A stretch of 64,000 nt of DNA from Selaginella moellendorffii. Taxonomy: Eukaryota; Plantae; Lycopodiophyta. A program made the translations under genes and the position numbers. The stretch's first letter is position 1, and each line of letters begins with the position of its first letter. The stretch lies in contig NW_003314438.1 of NCBI RefSeq assembly GCF_000143415.4, positions 62,001 through 126,000 of the forward strand, in the 5' to 3' direction. Shown here piece after piece: positions 59,451 to 64,000 of this stretch. Under the pieces are notes generated by a model. That model searched no databases. It was not told where the DNA came from and saw nothing but the letters and a program-made list of their open reading frames with translations.

Positions 59451-61599
59451 GAAATGAAAAACAATATTGATAATTTCAACAATGCTTGTACAATCAAAAA
59501 GATATTTATATTTATAAACTAATTAATAAATAATACTAAACATAATAACACTCATGCAATCATGAAAATAAATTAAAACAAATGCTTAAAATCTCAGATG
59601 AGGTCAAGAGATGGTAGATCCTTGTTTTGATCTATCTTGTCTCCTTCATGGGATCACCCAATCATCCACTTTGTTCCTCCAATCCTTGAGTTGGATCTGG
59701 GCATGGCTTTGTTCGCCAGCAAGCATAGTAAATCCCAGCAAGTGCAACAACTAGAGAGAATGCTTTCCCAAAGAAGAAGTTGCAGTGACGTTATTGCTAG
59801 AACAATTTGCTCCGCAACATATAAAGTCAGAACTCTTGTCTTGGATAGATTGCAGTGACCCAGCAAAATCACACCCTGTGGTTGCCTCTAGAATCTGTGA
59901 AACAAAGGATTAATTAAAATCATTCTCTGGAAGATTGTCAAAGCTTACTGGGTGAGAGGTGAGAGGCTTTTGCTCTAGAGATGGACCCGGGCTTCTCTTA
60001 GACACAGCATCTTGAACGACTGCTAGACCCAAGCTGTTGAGGAGATTGTTGGTGACAATATCGACGCAGGCAACTCCGACCAATTGTTGGATGGCATCAA
60101 AAGCTTGAAATCAAAGTTATAAAACCTGGAAACACTGCTTTCTTGGTTTTCTTTTAACCTAGCAAGATCGAGCTTGTAACATTGCGACCACCTGAATCAG
60201 CATACAATAGCACCCACACTGGCTTTCTGTTAACACTAGCCAAGCTAAATAGTCCAAGTAGCTGCATATCTTCATGAGAGGATTGGTTCATCTTTTACTG
60301 CTTTAAAGCTTATGTTGAGGCTGAATTGCATTCTCTGGAAAGTTTCATCATTGGAAATGTCGAAACCAACCCTGTACACAAAAGTACCACAACATTTTTC
60401 TCGTTAAGCTGCTTGAAGATTGGATCCAAATCCGTCAGTTTGACATGGTTGGCAAATTGGCCATCTGTTAAGAGGGGAAAACTGGATTAACCAGCTATAA
60501 AATAAACAGGTTCATGATTAACATTTACTTATAAAGATCATATATAATTACCTACAAAAATCCCCATTCTTCATATCTTCTACTGTGGTCTTACTTTGTA
60601 AATCAACATCTGGAAGATTCCTTCAAAAACTTTTTGTGGATTATTGTCACTTTTTCAATGGTTTTATAGAGAGATAAAACATTATGATCAACTAACTCTC
60701 TTACACCTTTGAATGGATAAGTTGGATCACAGGTGTCATGACAAATCCTTAAAATGTACGCAAAACATAAAAAATTTATAAAGATATTGTGAACTTCTAT
60801 CTCTTGCTCCCCTCTCTTGCTCTTTAAGTATATTTGTGAAAGACCTAGCCCATTCTTATCTAGAAGCCACTGCACTTTCCCTAAAACCTCTCTATTCATC
60901 TATGAAACTTACTCTTGTTTTTGGAATCATTGTAAAAAAGAAATATAAAACTTTTCATTTTCAAAGACAATCTTCAATAAAACAGAACATTTTTTTCAAA
61001 TGTTGCTGCCTGCAACACAACTTGACAACTTCACTCCAGTCCAATTTAAAATCAATCTACCAAGCGTTATTAGATTTTAACTTCAGGACCTCCATACTAC
61101 GTGTAGTTTCTTTGTAGGCTGGATGGAAGCATCACAACTTAGCCGTGTCAAGGATAGATAGCTCGACCAAACCGATATTTCTTCAATCTACGTCTAGGAA
61201 TTCCAAAGTAATCTCGAAAAGTATACGAGCCACCAGGAAGGCGCGAAGAGAATCTTCTCGTCATAGCTGAAATTAGGGTTTACATGAAAGCCGGACTCCA
61301 TGATGCGGTTGTGGCCGGCGCAGTGAGTTTTCAAATCAATCGATTCACTGAAAACTCTTCTGTTGATCAACCAAACTGATGAAGCGCGCCACCCCAATCT
61401 CCAATGCAGCATGGAGATTGCAAGTCAGGGGATTGCAATAGCCTTGCGCTTCGGCCTATGGATATAGAATTGTTTTGCTTAGATCGAGAGGGTTGCAATT
61501 CAATATCCAGATATGGTCACTGGATCACCGCATAGCCTCCTCTTTGTTTCGATGCCTCTGGCCAGTTCTATGGCTGCGCTGCAAGCCCCTGAGCAAAGG

Positions 61600-62115
61600 A
61601 GAGAACGTCAGGGTGATCTTGGGTTTCGCTGAGCATCGCATTTGCTAGCAAGTTCGATGGTGATAAAGGCATCACTTTCCTGGGGGATTTGATGGCTTTC
61701 CTGGCGGCTGTTGCGTTTATGGGCTACATGTTTGCTGGGAACAATCTGATAAGTGAAGCTCTAGACTTATCGTTCTCTTTTTCTTTGCAAACTTGGATGA
61801 AATGTTGGATTTCATTGTTTATGTGGGTATTGTTTGTTATCTCTATGCCTTCCCAGTAACGGCTGGAGGAGCTCTCATTCTGGGTCGCTTGTGACTTTAT
61901 GGAGAACTACCATTCCAGATCCTGGAAGATTGGTGGACCTTTTGCATGGACAAAGCGAGGTTAAAGGATATAGTTGCTTAAAATTGACAAAGGAGTTACT
62001 TGCAGATTTTTGGGCTCCAAGTTGTCAAGTACAAGGGGTCTTTGATCATTTCTATGGTTGTCACACTAGAACCTGTGATCAGATCTCTCATCGGCTGGGC
62101 GATTCACGCCTGGTA
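61600..62115 (+). pseudogene. EamA/DMT-like transporter relic
   Basis: ITFLGDLMAFLAAVAFMGYMFAG and SLIISMVVTLEPVIRSLIGW, separated by frameshifts. Confidence 0.5.
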
Positions 62116-62172
62116 CAAGCAAAGTAATTGCATAATCTATAAAGCAACTAAGACAGGTTTATTGCTTTCCTC

Positions 62173-62312
62173 TGCTGCAACTTGAAAGATCTTCATCTGG
62201 ATAAATGCAAACTTATCAATGACGATGCTATTACAGCTCCGCGATCGATGAGCTCCCTTCGAGTGCTCAACCTGCCGGCTGTCCAATCTCTGGCGCAACA
62301 CTAGAGACGATC
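62173..62312 (+). pseudogene. Cys-containing LRR (F-box/LRR-type) fragment
   Basis: CCNLKDLHLDKCKLINDDAI...SSLRVLNL, frameshifted. Confidence 0.45.
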
Positions 62313-62899
62313 TAGCGAGTACGTTTTTGGGGTTTTCTCGTACCTATACCAAACGGTTTCTTCTTTCCAGGAACAAGTATCAAGGTGATGTGTGTTAGTG
62401 GTTCCAGAAACACTGCACAATAATCACAAAGTCTGTCAAGCAGACTTATCCAAGGCTTCCACATATACGATTGGTAAATTACATCTACCGAGGTATGGCT
62501 ACAATAACATTTTTATTTCTATAGTATTTCTTTGCCCGGAGTATTAGTTGGGAGCATTCGTTTACTACCGCCTGTACTCAGATTTTGCATTTGCGCTTAC
62601 AGCCATGTTGATTGATAAGCAAGTACAATAACTATCGACTTTGGTTCGCAAGCACTGGAAAATCGTCGTAAAGATTCTTCTCTCAAGCTACAACGCTTCT
62701 TTCATATCGCTTTTAGCGCTCTGAAATGGATTTGTTTCTCTTTTACCAGCTTACTCAACGGCTCACGAGTCTTTACCATAGCCTCTTCTATTAGTTGGTG
62801 TGATCTCTCGAGAATTCCATAGCTTCACCATTGGAAACGGTGGCGAAAGCTTGACAACCGTATACTCTTTCGACTTGGCAGTAGAGAAAGAAAGAAGAT

Positions 62900-63686
62900 C
62901 TAGCTCAAGAGGTCGTAGTCATCCAGGCGATCGTTGTACTGGAGCACCTTCCTCTTGATCTTGGAAGTGTCAACCCATGTCACAAAGTCTTCCATGTTTC
63001 TCGTCACCAGGAACGCTGGATCTGTGATTGTGTCTGGTCCTACTCTAATGTCTGTGAGATCATCACTGTCAAGGGAAAAAAAAGTTTGATTTTGCTCGTA
63101 AAGAAGAAAAGGATACGCCCTTGCTCCACGAACGTCACAGCGTCCTTGAGATTCTCGGCAAAGTGGAGCTTCATTAGCACCACTGCCAATCTCCTCCTGA
63201 GAGAAAACGAGAGGATCAAAAAGTTCTATCTCAGTCCGGATGGAAGATGGATTTTTTACCTGCAAATCGCTGAAGCAGCGAGACTCTCGCACTGAGCCAA
63301 GCTCTTTTTGGTCGGGATGATTCCCATGTTATACCTGGAAGAGCTCTACTCTAAGCAGCGAGAAAAAAAGAAAGAGAAATTTCCTTACAATTTGTCTAGC
63401 AGCTGATCGGTCATTTGTATCCGGAATGGATCTTTGGGATCGAGCTTCTTGAGAATGCTGGTGAGCTTGGAAACCATTCCACAGATCCTGTTATAGCTGG
63501 AAAACCAGGGAAATCGAATCAGCGCTCGCGAGAAAACTATGGTGTTACTCACTGCTTGTAATCGTCGCGGCCGGTGACTCGGTAGCGCTGCATCACCTGG
63601 ACCTCCCGCGAGTTCCTCTCGCGCTTCCATTCCAAGAAATTCACCTTCTTGAGCAGCCGCTGCTCGTGAAATTTGAGCTTCCTCAT
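62900..63686 (-). CDS. IMP3: U3 snoRNP protein IMP3 (ribosomal S4-like), 5 exons
   Basis: Exons 63686-63553, 63496-63389, 63334-63260, 63196-63117 and 63051-62900 splice in frame to [21 protein letters not shown]...[50 protein letters not shown]. Confidence 0.96.
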
Positions 63687-63756
63687 CGCGCTCTCAAGAA
63701 CCCTAACAAAACCCTAGCCCTAATTCTTGGAGGGGATGCGATCGAGGTGAGAGTGG

Positions 63757-64000
63757 ATGATATCTCCTGTCTCTAGCTTGCGAGTCTCTCGATTCACAGG
63801 CGCTGGCTCCTTTCTCGGCCGCTTGCGCGGCATTAGAAAGACACATTCCTGGGGCTCCGACGAGGAACTGGCAATGGAGGTCGATGTGGACGATGAATCC
63901 CTGGAAATGCCGGAGCTAGATTTTCCACCTCCGGGGCGCAGGAATCCAAGGAAGCAATCCGGGAAGAAGTCTCTCTCCAAATCCAAGATGAAGAAGCTGC
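63757..64000 (+). CDS. 5' end of an unidentified gene running off the window; Arg/Ser-rich transit-peptide-like N-terminus
   Basis: Open frame MISPVSSLRVSRFTGAGSFLGRLRGIRK...EELAMEVDVDDESLEMPELDFPPPGRRNPRKQSGKK to the window edge. Confidence 0.55.
   Translation, partial: MISPVSSLRVSRFTGAGSFLGRLRGIRKTHSWGSDEELAMEVDVDDESLEMPELDFPPPGRRNPRKQSGKKSLSKSKMKKL

Noticed and set aside
59600-60500. Possible minus-strand multi-exon gene
   Set aside because: I could not assemble a consistent frame or recognise a family; left unannotated.

Overview
Plant nuclear DNA, most consistent with a Selaginella-type lycophyte (inferred from the ~50-bp introns and the tandem PLS-class PPR genes). 1-14.8 kb is a nest of Ty3/gypsy-derived elements: a decayed host, a solo LTR, a young 7.4-kb non-autonomous LTR element, and small TRIMs whose LTRs carry a 5S rRNA-derived Pol III promoter (Cassandra-like). 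14847-31378 is a complete 16.5-kb DNA transposon with 24-bp TIRs and a 4-bp ATTA TSD. It encodes an intact Sola1-like transposase and a divergently transcribed multi-exon cargo gene with a ParB/Srx-like N-terminus, a degenerate amino-methyltransferase-like region, an acidic linker and an FCP1/NIF-type HAD phosphatase domain. About 30 copies of one 22-bp palindrome (ATGGCRTG-N-GGCC-N-CAYGCCAT) are spread across this element, concentrated in introns and intergenic DNA, and I saw none outside it. This is the best candidate for an undescribed system: a transposon-borne ParB/parS-like self-recognition or anti-silencing module. 35-49 kb is a birth-and-death cluster of PLS-E PPR genes with a Fic-domain relic. 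51802-56810 is a recent gypsy element with a 4-bp TSD and a TAATG gag/pol overlap. The window ends with an intact IMP3 gene that is head-to-head with another gene 70 bp away. All domain calls are by-eye motif recognition, not database results.
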